From the NCBI GenBank assembly GCA_041554195.1, contig JBFFMJ010000008.1, positions 69,359-133,358 on the forward strand: DNA of 64,000 nt, given 5' to 3'. Of this stretch, positions 40,045-49,484 are shown piece after piece (the stretch's first letter is position 1; every line of letters starts with the position of its first letter). The translations under genes were made by a program, and so were the position numbers. The stretch comes from Thiohalomonadaceae bacterium. Its GTDB lineage: Bacteria; Pseudomonadota; Gammaproteobacteria; Thiohalomonadales; Thiohalomonadaceae. Below the pieces are notes generated by a model that saw nothing but the letters and a program-made list of their open reading frames with translations, made no database searches and was not told the DNA's origin.

Positions 40045-40818
40045 ATGGAACAAAAAGCCAAACCCCGCCGCGGCATCTACCTGCTGCCCAACCTCTTTAC
40101 CACGGCTGCGCTGTTCGCGGGCTTTTACGCCATCGTCTCGGCGATGGATGGGCGCTTTGAGGAGGCGGCGATTGCGGTGTTTATCGCGATGGTGCTCGAC
40201 GGGCTGGATGGGCGGGTGGCGCGTCTGACCAATACGCAGAGTGAGTTTGGGGCGGAGTATGACTCGCTCTCCGACATGGTCTCCTTTGGTATCGCGCCGG
40301 CGCTGGTGATGTATGAGTGGGCGCTCTCTGACCTGGGGCGCTACGGCTGGTTGGCGGCCTTTGTCTATACGGTGAGCGCGGCGCTACGGCTGGCGCGCTT
40401 TAATACGCAGATCGGCACGGTGGATAAGCGCTACTTTGTGGGGCTGGCGAGTCCGGCGGCAGCGGCGGTGGTGGTCGGTTTTGTCTGGATTGCCGGTGAC
40501 TTTGGCCTTGAGCCGCGTAGCCTTGACTGGGCGGCCTGGGGGGTAACGCTGGCCGCTGGTCTGTTGATGGTGAGCAATATTCGTTACTACAGTTTTAAGA
40601 CCATCGATTTTAAGGGCAAGGTGCCGTTTTTCTTCCTGCTGGTGGTGGTGCTGATCTTCGTGCTGGTGACGCTCGATCCCCCTAAGATTCTGTTCCTGGT
40701 GTTTGCCGGTTATGCGGTCTCGGGGCTGGTGACTACGGCGTGGATGCTAATGCGTCGCCGTCGTCAGTTGCAGGCCAGTGGCGATGCGCCTCACAGCGAT
40801 AAAGCCAGCGACAAATAG
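40045..40818 (+). CDS. pssA: CDP-diacylglycerol--serine O-phosphatidyltransferase (CDP-alcohol type)
   Basis: LPNLFTTAALFAGFYAI N-terminus. Motif DGLDGRVARLTNTQSEFGAEYDSLSDMV fits DGx2ARx8Gx3Dx3D. The ilvC-pssA neighbourhood is as in Pseudomonas. Confidence 0.85.
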   Translation: MEQKAKPRRGIYLLPNLFTTAALFAGFYAIVSAMDGRFEEAAIAVFIAMVLDGLDGRVARLTNTQSEFGAEYDSLSDMVSFGIAPALVMYEWALSDLGRYGWLAAFVYTVSAALRLARFNTQIGTVDKRYFVGLASPAAAAVVVGFVWIAGDFGLEPRSLDWAAWGVTLAAGLLMVSNIRYYSFKTIDFKGKVPFFFLLVVVLIFVLVTLDPPKILFLVFAGYAVSGLVTTAWMLMRRRRQLQASGDAPHSDKASDK

Positions 40819-40829
40819 CCTTTGTCACG

Positions 40830-40856
40830 GCGGCCAGTTTATGGCCGCTGTTGTCT
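40830..40856 (+). terminator. Weak terminator-like hairpin after pssA
   Basis: 7-bp stem gcggcca/tggccgc with a 5-nt loop, followed by TGTTGTCT. Confidence 0.35.
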
Positions 40857-40908
40857 CCAATTCCCTGCCACTTTTCGGTAAGATGTCCTCAACTACTGGA
40901 GTGACTTC

Positions 40909-42459
40909 ATGAGCGACAAATTATTCATCTTTGATACCACCCTGCGTGACGGTGAGCAGAGCCCCGGTGCCTCCATGACCCGTGAGGAGAAGGTGCGCAT
41001 TGCCAGGAACCTGGAGCGCATGGGGGTGGATATTATCGAGGCTGGTTTCCCCATCGCCTCGCCGGGTGATTTTGAGTCGGTACAGGCGGTGGCCAATACG
41101 ATTAAGGACTCCACCGTCTGCGGCCTGGCCCGCGCGTTGGATAAGGATATCGACCGTGCCGGTGAGGCGCTGAAGAATGCTAACTCCGGTCGTATCCACA
41201 CCTTTATCGCCACCTCGCCGATTCACATGGAGCGCAAGCTGCGCATGTCGCCCGATCAAGTGGTGGAGCAGGCGGTAGCGGCGGTAAAGCGCGCTCGTAA
41301 ATACACCGATAACGTGGAGTTCTCGGCCGAGGATGCGGGGCGCTCCGACATCGATTTTCTATGCCGTATCTTCGAGGCGGTGATCGCCGCCGGGGCCACC
41401 ACCCTGAATGTGCCTGATACCGTCGGCTACAACCTGCCACAGCAGTTCGGCGAGACGATTCGCCAGTTGCGCGAGAAGATGCCCAACTCCGACAAGGCGA
41501 TCTTCGCAGTGCATTGCCATAATGACCTGGGCCTTGCCGTCGCCAACTCTCTGGCCGCGGTGAGTCAGGGGGCGCGCCAGGTGGAGTGTACGATTAACGG
41601 CCTCGGCGAGCGTGCCGGCAATGCATCGCTGGAGGAGGTGGTGATGGCGGTGAAGACCCGCCGTGATCTCTTCGACTGCAATGTCGACCACATCAACACA
41701 ACTGAGATCGTGCCCGCCTCGCGTCTGGTCTCGGGCATCACCGGTTTTGCGGTACAGCCTAACAAGGCGATCGTTGGTGCCAACGCCTTCGCCCACGAGT
41801 CGGGGATCCATCAGGACGGCGTGCTTAAGCACCGCGAGACTTACGAAATTATGCGCGCCGAGGATGTGGGCTGGAGCGCCAACCGCATGGTGATGGGCAA
41901 GCACTCGGGGCGTAACGCCTTTAAGACCCGCATGTCTGAGTTGGGGATCGAATTTGATTCCGAAGAGGCGCTCAACGATACCTTTAGCCGCTTTAAGGAT
42001 CTGGCCGACAAGAAGCACGAGATCTACGATGAGGATCTGCAGGCGCTGGCGACCGAGAGCAATCTTGAGCAGATGGTGAACGAGCGCTACAAGCTGCTCT
42101 CGCTCAAGGTCTGTTCCGAGACCGGCGAGACCCCCGAGGCCTGCATCACCCTCGCCATCGACGGCGAGGAGCACAAGCTGTGCGCCAGCGGTTCCGGCCC
42201 GGTTGATGCCACCTTTAAGGCGATTGAGTCGCTGGCGCAGAGTGGCACCGAGTTGCAGCTCTATTCGGTCAACAACATCACCTCTGGCACCGATTCCCAG
42301 GGCGAGGTGACGGTACGGATGGAGAAGGCGGGGCGCATCGTCAACGGTCAGGGGGCCGATACCGACATCGTGATCGCCTCGGCCAAGGCCTACCTCAACG
42401 GCATTAATAAAATCCTCATCCCTGAGGCGCGCCTCAAGCCGCAGGGCGCAGACGTTTAA
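40909..42459 (+). CDS. leuA: 2-isopropylmalate synthase
   Basis: 516 aa. Blocks [32 protein letters not shown] and HESGIHQDG, plus a C-terminal LeuA dimerisation/regulatory domain. Confidence 0.95.
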   Translation: MSDKLFIFDTTLRDGEQSPGASMTREEKVRIARNLERMGVDIIEAGFPIASPGDFESVQAVANTIKDSTVCGLARALDKDIDRAGEALKNANSGRIHTFIATSPIHMERKLRMSPDQVVEQAVAAVKRARKYTDNVEFSAEDAGRSDIDFLCRIFEAVIAAGATTLNVPDTVGYNLPQQFGETIRQLREKMPNSDKAIFAVHCHNDLGLAVANSLAAVSQGARQVECTINGLGERAGNASLEEVVMAVKTRRDLFDCNVDHINTTEIVPASRLVSGITGFAVQPNKAIVGANAFAHESGIHQDGVLKHRETYEIMRAEDVGWSANRMVMGKHSGRNAFKTRMSELGIEFDSEEALNDTFSRFKDLADKKHEIYDEDLQALATESNLEQMVNERYKLLSLKVCSETGETPEACITLAIDGEEHKLCASGSGPVDATFKAIESLAQSGTELQLYSVNNITSGTDSQGEVTVRMEKAGRIVNGQGADTDIVIASAKAYLNGINKILIPEARLKPQGADV

Positions 42460-42464
42460 CATCA

Positions 42465-43325
42465 ATGGGCTCGCAACAGCGCTATTACCTTGATGCCCTG
42501 GGCATACAGCTGTGGCAGCGGCGCGATCTGCCGCCGCCCGCTGCTGAGCTGGCGCCGCCAGTGGTCGAAGCCCCGGTGGCTGCACCTAAACCGCCTGAGC
42601 CCACGCCACAACCCCAATACAAACCGCAAGCTGTGGATGATAGCGTTCCCGCCTGGCTCGACGAGGCCCCGCCGCAGGATGAGCCGATGTTCGACCTGGA
42701 CGAAGGGGAGATCGACGAGTCGGCTTTCTTCACTGAAGCGGCGGCGGAGCCCGCGCTGCCCGCCGTCGCCACCCTCGACTGGCCCGCGCTACAGCAGCGG
42801 GTTAGCGACTGCGCAGCCTGTGTTGAACTGGCGGGTAGTCGTCGCCAGACGGTGTTCGGTGTTGGCAACCCGCAGGCCGACTGGCTGATCATCGGCGAGG
42901 CCCCCGGTGAGGAGGAGGATAAGCAGGGCGAGCCCTTTGTCGGCCCCTCGGGCGAGTTGCTTAACGCCATGCTGCATGCGCTGGGGCTACAGCGCCAGCA
43001 GGTCTATATCACTAATATGATCAAGTGCCGCACCCCGGATGACCGAGACCCGCAGCCGCAGGAGGTCGCGGCCTGCGAGGCCTTCATGCAGCGGCAGATC
43101 GCCCTGATACAGCCGAAGGTGATCCTGGCGATGGGGCGTATCGCGGCGCAGAACCTGCTCAAGGTCGATACCGCCATCGGCAAGCTGCGCGGCACGGTGT
43201 ATCAATACGATGGCGCGATCCCGCTGGTCGCCACCTATCACCCTGCCTACCTGCTGCGCTCGCCACTGGAGAAGCGTAAGGCATGGGCCGACCTCTGTCT
43301 GGCGCGGAGCCTGCTCAAGGCATGA
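42465..43325 (+). CDS. Family 4 uracil-DNA glycosylase with a ~110-aa Pro/Ala-rich N-terminal extension
   Basis: Blocks GEAPGEEEDKQGEPFVGPSGELLN and HPAYLLR. The N-terminal low-complexity region reads PPPAAELAPPVVEAPVAAPKPPEPTPQPQ. Confidence 0.85.
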   Translation: MGSQQRYYLDALGIQLWQRRDLPPPAAELAPPVVEAPVAAPKPPEPTPQPQYKPQAVDDSVPAWLDEAPPQDEPMFDLDEGEIDESAFFTEAAAEPALPAVATLDWPALQQRVSDCAACVELAGSRRQTVFGVGNPQADWLIIGEAPGEEEDKQGEPFVGPSGELLNAMLHALGLQRQQVYITNMIKCRTPDDRDPQPQEVAACEAFMQRQIALIQPKVILAMGRIAAQNLLKVDTAIGKLRGTVYQYDGAIPLVATYHPAYLLRSPLEKRKAWADLCLARSLLKA

Positions 43326-43795
43326 GTGCCGCCATGGAGGAGCCTCAGCCGTTACTACGCCCGATGCTCGATGAGGATATCGGCGAGGTGATGGCGATTG
43401 AAGCGCGGGTCTATCCCCACGGCTGGAGCGAGGGGATCTTTCGCGACTGTCTGCGTGTCCACTACTCCTGCTGGGTGCTGGAGCAGGGTGACAAGATCAT
43501 CGGTTACGGCATTATGTCGGTCGCCGCAGGCGAGGCACACATCCTCAACATCGCCATTAGCCCGGAGTCACAGAGTAAGGGGCTCGGGCGTGAGCTGTTG
43601 ATGCACCTGCTACAGACCGGCAAACGGCTCGGTGCCGAGGATGCCTTCCTTGAGGTGCGCCCCTCGAATCGTATTGCCGTACGGCTCTACGAAACCATCG
43701 GTTTTCACCAGGTGGGGCTGCGCAGTGACTACTATCCCGCTGAAAAGGGGCGTGAGGATGCGGTGATCATGGCGCGCGAGCTCAGTTTTATGTAA
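43322..43795 (+). CDS. rimI: Ribosomal-protein-alanine N-acetyltransferase (GNAT)
   Basis: About 157 aa. RPMLDEDIGEVMAIE..., GNAT motif A QSKGLGRELL and LEVRPSNRIAVRLYETIGF. ATGA overlap with the UDG stop. Confidence 0.8.
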   Translation: MSAAMEEPQPLLRPMLDEDIGEVMAIEARVYPHGWSEGIFRDCLRVHYSCWVLEQGDKIIGYGIMSVAAGEAHILNIAISPESQSKGLGRELLMHLLQTGKRLGAEDAFLEVRPSNRIAVRLYETIGFHQVGLRSDYYPAEKGREDAVIMARELSFM

Positions 43796-43868
43796 GCGAA
43801 GGTGCATCGCTCTGGTGCCACCGTTATAATTGCCCCCCCATTTGAAGTTGTCACCGGTTGTATATTCC

Positions 43869-45461
43869 ATGTCCGAGATTCAAAAACAGGTACAGGAGCA
43901 GGCGAAAAAGCGCCGCACCTTCGCCATTATCTCTCACCCCGATGCGGGTAAGACCACGCTTACCGAGAAGTTGCTGCTGTTCGGCGGTGCCATTCAGCTA
44001 GCCGGCACGGTAAAGGGGCGCAAGGCGGCCCGCCATGCCACCTCCGACTGGATGAAGCTGGAGCAGGAGCGCGGTATCTCGGTCAGCTCCTCGGTGATGC
44101 AGTTCCCCTATCGCGAGCACACCATCAACCTGCTCGACACCCCCGGTCACGAGGACTTTTCCGAGGATACCTACCGCACCCTCACCGCGGTCGACTCGGC
44201 GTTAATGGTGATCGACGTCGCCAAGGGTGTTGAGGATCGCACCATTAAGTTGATGGAGGTCTGCCGCCTGCGCGACACGCCGATCATCACCTTCATCAAC
44301 AAGCTTGACCGCGAGGGTAAGGACCCCATCGACCTGATGGATGAGGTTGAAGATATCCTCAAGATCAAATGTGCCCCGCTGACCTGGCCTATCGGCATGG
44401 GTAAGAACTTCAAGGGGGTGTACGACCTCTACAACGACAGCATTACCATTATGTCAGCCACCCACGGTGGTAAAAAGCTCGATGGCGAGGTGATCGAAGG
44501 GCTCGATAACCCGCGTCTTGATGAGCTGTTTGGCACACTGATTAGCGACTTCCGTGAAGAGGTGGAACTGGTGCGTGGTGCCAGCCACGAGTTCAATCAG
44601 GAAGCCTATCTGCGTGGTGAACTCAGTCCGGTACTGTTTGGTTCAGCGATTAATAACTTCGGCGTACAGGAGATTCTTGACGCCCTTGTCGATTATGCCC
44701 CGGCACCGCTGGCACGCCCTACCAAGAGTCGTGAGGTGGATCCGAACGAAGAGAAGTTCTCCGGCTTTGTTTTCAAGATCCAGGCCAATATGGACCCGCA
44801 GCATCGTGATCGTGTCGCCTTTATGCGCGTCTGCTCAGGCCGTTTTGAGCCGGGGATGAAGATGAAGCAGGTGCGCATCGGCCGTGATGTGAAGATCCCC
44901 AACGCCATCACCTTCCTCGCGCAGGAGCGCGGCCATGTGGAGGAGGCATGGCCCGGTGACATTATCGGCCTGCACAACCACGGCACCATCCAGATTGGTG
45001 ACACCTTCACTCAGGGTGAAGATCTGAAATTCACCGGCATTCCTCACTTTGCTCCGGAGCTGTTTCGTCGTGCGGTGCTGAAAGATCCGCTCAAGTCCAA
45101 GCAATTACTCAAAGGTCTGCAGCAGCTCTCTGAAGAGGGGGCGACCCAGCTGTTCCGACCGCTGAAGAATAACGACCTTATTCTTGGTGCGGTGGGTGTG
45201 TTGCAGTTTGATGTGGTTGCGCAGCGCCTGAAGGATGAATATAAGGTCGATGCCATCTTTGAGGCGATTAATGTTGCCACTGCCCGTTGGGTGGAGTGTG
45301 ATGATGAGAAAAAGTTTGAGGAGTTTAAACGCAAGAGTGAAGACAACCTTGCGATAGACGGTGCTGGAGACCTAACCTACATCGCCCCCACTCGCGTCAA
45401 TCTGCAACTGGCCGAGGAGCGTTATCCTGATGTGGCCTTCAGGGCGACGCGGGAGAAGTAA
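43869..45461 (+). CDS. prfC: Peptide chain release factor 3
   Basis: GTPase motifs [20 protein letters not shown] and NKLD, followed by an EF-G-like body. Start at MSEIQKQV. Confidence 0.95.
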   Translation: MSEIQKQVQEQAKKRRTFAIISHPDAGKTTLTEKLLLFGGAIQLAGTVKGRKAARHATSDWMKLEQERGISVSSSVMQFPYREHTINLLDTPGHEDFSEDTYRTLTAVDSALMVIDVAKGVEDRTIKLMEVCRLRDTPIITFINKLDREGKDPIDLMDEVEDILKIKCAPLTWPIGMGKNFKGVYDLYNDSITIMSATHGGKKLDGEVIEGLDNPRLDELFGTLISDFREEVELVRGASHEFNQEAYLRGELSPVLFGSAINNFGVQEILDALVDYAPAPLARPTKSREVDPNEEKFSGFVFKIQANMDPQHRDRVAFMRVCSGRFEPGMKMKQVRIGRDVKIPNAITFLAQERGHVEEAWPGDIIGLHNHGTIQIGDTFTQGEDLKFTGIPHFAPELFRRAVLKDPLKSKQLLKGLQQLSEEGATQLFRPLKNNDLILGAVGVLQFDVVAQRLKDEYKVDAIFEAINVATARWVECDDEKKFEEFKRKSEDNLAIDGAGDLTYIAPTRVNLQLAEERYPDVAFRATREK

Positions 45462-45487
45462 TTGTATTAGTTAGAAACTGTGAATAA

Positions 45488-45520
45488 AAGAAGGCCGGTG
45501 ATGACCGGCCTTTTGCTATT
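45488..45520 (+). terminator. Rho-independent terminator after prfC
   Basis: 9-bp stem aaggccggt/accggcctt with loop gatg, followed by TTTGCTATTTT. Confidence 0.8.
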
Positions 45521-45827
45521 TTATGGTGTTTCTAATAAGTTAGTTTTCTGTGGGTACCTAATTATCTAAAGGTAACAACCTTATTTCGCTCAAATCTTCG
45601 TTTGAGCTGCTTGCGATCCATGTCACTCGACAGTTCTGTTAAGTTACTCTAGTAGTCGTATATTGCATCCTGTTGATAACTGTACGAATACATACTTTTT
45701 TGGCAGAAAAGTAGAGTTATTCATATATTGACAGGTGAATGCCTTGAATACTGTAAGGGTAAAATGTTTCAATGGCAGCAGGTAGCACGCTATATAATAA
45801 TTAATCACACAGCTGACTGGGGGGTAA

Positions 45828-46433
45828 ATGTTTTCTGTGCGGCGGTTCTTATTACTCAATCTCTTGGCAATGGCCTCTTTTTCCGTGCAGGCGCAAGAGC
45901 CGCGTTATGCGCAAGAGCTGGCCAGTAAGTCGCCTGTGGTCAATCCGCTTAAGGAGGCGTTGGGTGACCAGCTTTATGACCAAGCAATGGCCTCGGGTAA
46001 ATATCGCTATATTGGCCCGCGTAGTTGCCGCGTCTGTCATCGGGATTTTTTTAATGGGCGTAAGGATGATCTGCACTTTCATACCTTTAAGAAGCTCGTG
46101 AATTCAGGCCATGTCAAGGAGCCGAAGTGCCTCGGTTGTCATACCACCGGTTATGGGGTGCCGACGGGATTTAAGGATGAAAAAACGACACCGCAACTGG
46201 CCGGTGTGCATTGCGAGGGCTGCCACGGCCCGGGTAATCTACATATGCGTCGCAACGACGGCGGTGGTTTTCTTGCCGGAGTGGATAACCCGGATCGTAT
46301 CGAGCGCATGTGTAAGGCCTGTCATACGAAACGCTGGAACAAGGCCTTCCCGATGAAGGATTTTCGTAAAGTCTATGATGGCTATGTGACGGCCACGCCA
46401 GGGGATGAGAAGAAGCCCTATTATCAATATTGA
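45828..46433 (+). CDS. Periplasmic tetraheme c-type cytochrome (cytochrome c554-like CXXCH arrangement)
   Basis: Signal peptide MFSVRRFLLLNLLAMASFSVQA. Four CXXCH motifs: CRVCH, CLGCH, CEGCH, CKACH. CLGCHTTGYG and CEGCHGPGxxH are typical of multiheme c554-type proteins. Confidence 0.8.
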   Translation: MFSVRRFLLLNLLAMASFSVQAQEPRYAQELASKSPVVNPLKEALGDQLYDQAMASGKYRYIGPRSCRVCHRDFFNGRKDDLHFHTFKKLVNSGHVKEPKCLGCHTTGYGVPTGFKDEKTTPQLAGVHCEGCHGPGNLHMRRNDGGGFLAGVDNPDRIERMCKACHTKRWNKAFPMKDFRKVYDGYVTATPGDEKKPYYQY

Positions 46434-46553
46434 GGGGGGCGTGCCGGTTTTCAGCCAGAGCTATTCGCGTTATGATGGCATGAATATTAAAAATAGATTA
46501 AGGCAGCAGGGACGCCGGGTAGTCTGGATAGATAAATAAGAGGAATATAACTC

Positions 46554-47132
46554 TTGCGCACCCTGTCTCTGAGTCTGCTGATGGTTCTGTTCTGTGTCAC
46601 ACAGGCCGCTTCTGCACAGGATCCACGTATCGAAGCGCAGCTTAATGACACTGTGCCACCCATGATCCCGCTGAAAAATGCTCTGGGTGAAAAGGTCTTC
46701 AATGAGGTCATGGCCTCGGACAAATACTCCTTCGCCACCAACTTTAAATGTCGTCTCTGTCATCGTGATTTCTTTATCGGAAGAAAATAGGATAAGCATG
46801 ATCACGCCTTTGCCATGGTGCAGCAGGCAGGCCACGGCGAGTCAGAGCAGTGCCTGGGATGTCACACGACCGGTTATGGGATAAGGGGCGGCTTTACATC
46901 ACCCATTTTCACGCCGCGTCTGGCCAATGTGCAGTGTGAGGGGTGTCATGGTCCCGGTAGTGAGCACATTCGGCGTAATGCCAAGGGGGGCTTTCTTGCC
47001 GGTACGGATCGCCCCGAGATCCTGAAGAAAATGTGTCTCTCCTGTCATAGCGATCGCTGGAATAAGTCCTTCGATAATTTTGAGGAGGCGTATAACAGCT
47101 ACAAAACAGCCAAACCGGGTGATCAACAGTAG
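46554..47132 (+). pseudogene. Paralogous tetraheme cytochrome c interrupted by a single in-frame TAG (46788-46790)
   Basis: Track ORFs 46554-46790 and 46815-47132 are in the same frame. Joined, they align with the upstream cytochrome over the full length and retain a signal peptide and four CXXCH motifs (CRLCH, CLGCH, CEGCH, CLSCH). The TAG aligns with an Asp of the paralog. TTG start with AAGAGGA 9 nt upstream. Confidence 0.7.
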
Positions 47133-47135
47133 CCG

Positions 47136-48710
47136 ATGAGCGATTTTTTCAAACGCCACAATATCTCAATACAACTGGGGCTGTTAATCGTCTCGCTCTG
47201 TTTATTTTCCTTCTATAATTACGTTTCACAAAAAGAGCTGTTTCTCAGGCAGCTGCAGAGCGACAGTAGCGACCTGCTGCAGTCGGTACGTTCCAGTGTT
47301 AATAAATTCCATAACATCGAAAAAACACTCAGCCTGCAGGAGCTGGTGAGCAGCATCTCGCTCAAGCTGGATATCTTTGAATTCCGTTACCTCGACAGCC
47401 AGGGGGTGGTGGTCAGCTCGATGTTTGAGGAGGAGGTGGGGAAACCTATCACGCGTCCCGGTATTCAACTGGCGCTACGCAATATCGATAACTCGGCGCA
47501 ATTCTACAACATGGGGCAGTATTATGTGGAAGAGCGCGACCTGACCAACGTGCTGGCGATTAGCTTTGCGGTGCGTGAGGGTGCTCGTCTCTTCGGAATT
47601 ATCGATTTGGCGGTGGATGTCACCGAGTTCGACTATATCCGTCAGGCCTCGCGCGATACGGTCATGCGCCGTCTTCAGGCCGATACCAATAACCTGCTAA
47701 ATGCCATTTCAGGTTCTATTATCTCACGCACCAAGGTGTTCGAGACTCTGAACCTGCCCGATTTTCTCGCCGCTCTGGTCAAGCAGTCGGGTGGTGTTCT
47801 GGAGGTGAGCCTGGCCGATGGGCACGGGCGTATCTATAGCAGTAGCCGAACCGATGTGGGCGAGCGCTCAGTCTCTAGTGTGGCTAGCGGCACGATACGC
47901 CTGCGCAGCGATGGCCAGCACGAATATCTGATGATGGTGCCGCTCAACCCGGAGGTGGAGGCGGGCCATATGATGTTGCTGGCCCTCGATGCCACTGATT
48001 ACGTGGCCAATGAGCGCAAACTGTTCTTTACCTCGCTGGCCACCAGCCTGCTGGCGATCCTCGTCTCGGTAACCATTGTCTATGCGATTTACCGTATTAA
48101 TCTGCGCCGTGCCCGCGAGGAGAATCTTCGCCTTGAGCGCATGGTGGAGGAGCGCACCGAGGAGCTACGGCGCATCAGTCAGACCGACAAGCTCACCGGC
48201 CTGGCCAACCGCTGTTATCTTGAAGAGCAGCTGGATATCGAGTTTAAACGTGCCGCGCGCTATAAATTCCCACTCACTCTGGCGGTGGTGGATCTCGACC
48301 TGTTTAAACACGTGAATGATATCTACGGTCATCTGGCGGGGGATGCGGTGCTGCGCGAGGTGGGTTCAAGGCTGCGCACCGAGCTACGCGAAACTGACTT
48401 TGTTGGCCGTTTTGGTGGTGAGGAGTTTGTGGTGATCCTGACCAATACTAACTTGCAGGGGGCACTCAGGCTGGCTGAGATCCTGCGCCGTTTTGTCGAG
48501 GCCACTCCGGTACATTTTGAGGGGCAGGATATCCCGGTGAGCGCCAGCATCGGTGTGGCGGAGAAGGTGGCGTCGCATGAGACCTATAAGGCGATCTTTG
48601 CCGCAGCAGACAGGGCGCTCTATTTTGCCAAGGATAGTGGCAGAAATTGCGTGGCCTACATGGAGGGCGGCGAGGAGCGGCGCTTTGTCGACAAACCGCT
48701 ACGTGACTGA
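47136..48710 (+). CDS. Membrane diguanylate cyclase with a ~270-aa periplasmic sensor region
   Basis: TM1 at about aa 12-30 and TM2 at about aa 298-320. Coiled linker, then a GGDEF domain with GGEEF and an RETD I-site at the canonical spacing (RETDFVGRFGGEEF). ATG is 3 nt after the cytochrome stop. Confidence 0.9.
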   Translation: MSDFFKRHNISIQLGLLIVSLCLFSFYNYVSQKELFLRQLQSDSSDLLQSVRSSVNKFHNIEKTLSLQELVSSISLKLDIFEFRYLDSQGVVVSSMFEEEVGKPITRPGIQLALRNIDNSAQFYNMGQYYVEERDLTNVLAISFAVREGARLFGIIDLAVDVTEFDYIRQASRDTVMRRLQADTNNLLNAISGSIISRTKVFETLNLPDFLAALVKQSGGVLEVSLADGHGRIYSSSRTDVGERSVSSVASGTIRLRSDGQHEYLMMVPLNPEVEAGHMMLLALDATDYVANERKLFFTSLATSLLAILVSVTIVYAIYRINLRRAREENLRLERMVEERTEELRRISQTDKLTGLANRCYLEEQLDIEFKRAARYKFPLTLAVVDLDLFKHVNDIYGHLAGDAVLREVGSRLRTELRETDFVGRFGGEEFVVILTNTNLQGALRLAEILRRFVEATPVHFEGQDIPVSASIGVAEKVASHETYKAIFAAADRALYFAKDSGRNCVAYMEGGEERRFVDKPLRD

Positions 48711-49484
48711 TTAGCCGCGTAGCCCCACCCCCTTTTTCATTAGCCACAGGCTGTAGCTGTAGAGCACCGCGATAAACAGAAGTATCACACCGTAGGCCAC
48801 CGCCAGCGAGATATCGCTCACCCCCAGCATGCCGTAGCGAAAGGTATTGACCATGTAGAGGATGGGATTACCCAGCGACAGGGTCTGCCACAGCCCCGGC
48901 AGCATGCTCACCGAGTAGAAGACCCCGCCGAGGTAGGTGAGGGGCACCAGCACAAAGGTGGGGATGATGCTGATGTCATCGAAACTCTTGGCGAAGACGG
49001 CGTTAATAAAACCGGCCAGGGCGAAGAGGATCGAGGTGAGCAGCACCACGCTGAGGCTCACCCAGAGATTGTAAAAATGGATCTCGGTAAAGAACATCGC
49101 CACCAGCGTCACCATCACTCCAACGGTAAGTCCCCGTGCCACGCCCCCGGCGATATAGCCGATAAGGATCAGCGAATGGGGGATGGGGGAGATCAACAGC
49201 TCCTCCACATAGTTGCTGAACTTTGCGCCGTAGAACGAGGAGACCACATTGGCGTAGGAGTTGGAGATGATGGTCATCATGATCAGCCCCGGCACGATGT
49301 AGTCCATGTAGCTAAAGCCCTCAATCGGGGCGAGCTGTGAGCCGATCATCTTACCGAAGATCACAAAATAGAGGGCGGTGGTGATCATCGGCGGCAGGAT
49401 GGTCTGGATCCAGATGCGGGCGAAGCGCCGCACCTCTTTGACCAGGATGGTGGTGAAGGCGATGCGATAGGTATGTAGATCCAT
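48711..49484 (-). CDS. ABC-2 type transporter permease (YadH-like)
   Basis: 257 aa with 6 TM segments and an ABC-2 layout. Its start overlaps the ATPase stop. Confidence 0.8.
   Translation of the reverse strand: MDLHTYRIAFTTILVKEVRRFARIWIQTILPPMITTALYFVIFGKMIGSQLAPIEGFSYMDYIVPGLIMMTIISNSYANVVSSFYGAKFSNYVEELLISPIPHSLILIGYIAGGVARGLTVGVMVTLVAMFFTEIHFYNLWVSLSVVLLTSILFALAGFINAVFAKSFDDISIIPTFVLVPLTYLGGVFYSVSMLPGLWQTLSLGNPILYMVNTFRYGMLGVSDISLAVAYGVILLFIAVLYSYSLWLMKKGVGLRG

Noticed and set aside
40841-40912. A 23-codon upstream ORF whose TGA overlaps the leuA ATG (tcATGA). I considered it as a leucine leader peptide or attenuator.
   Set aside because: It has only two Leu codons, which are not consecutive, and no Shine-Dalgarno. 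Its ATG sits in the loop of the pssA terminator-like hairpin, and no alternative terminator/antiterminator structures are evident.
41359-42585. A 408-aa minus-strand ORF inside leuA, and similar long antisense or alternative-frame ORFs (e.g. 35188-35847, 10036-10689, 13201-13779, 37484-38341, 55142-56026, 52008-52682).
   Set aside because: Each lies entirely within a gene that has clear family motifs on the other strand or frame. Their products are Arg/Gly/His/Pro-rich with no motifs. This is the usual open-frame shadow in GC-rich coding DNA.
45787-45805. An AT-rich tatataataattaatcac upstream of the first cytochrome, considered as a Fur box.
   Set aside because: Only about 10 of 19 positions match the GATAATGATAATCATTATC consensus in the best register. 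This is indistinguishable from generic AT-rich promoter DNA.
46788-46790. Pyrrolysine (or another recoded amino acid) at the in-frame TAG of the second cytochrome.
   Set aside because: There are no pylTSBCD-like genes or a suppressor tRNA in the window. The lineage context is gammaproteobacterial, and the aligned residue in the paralog is an ordinary Asp. A nonsense mutation or sequencing error is far more likely.
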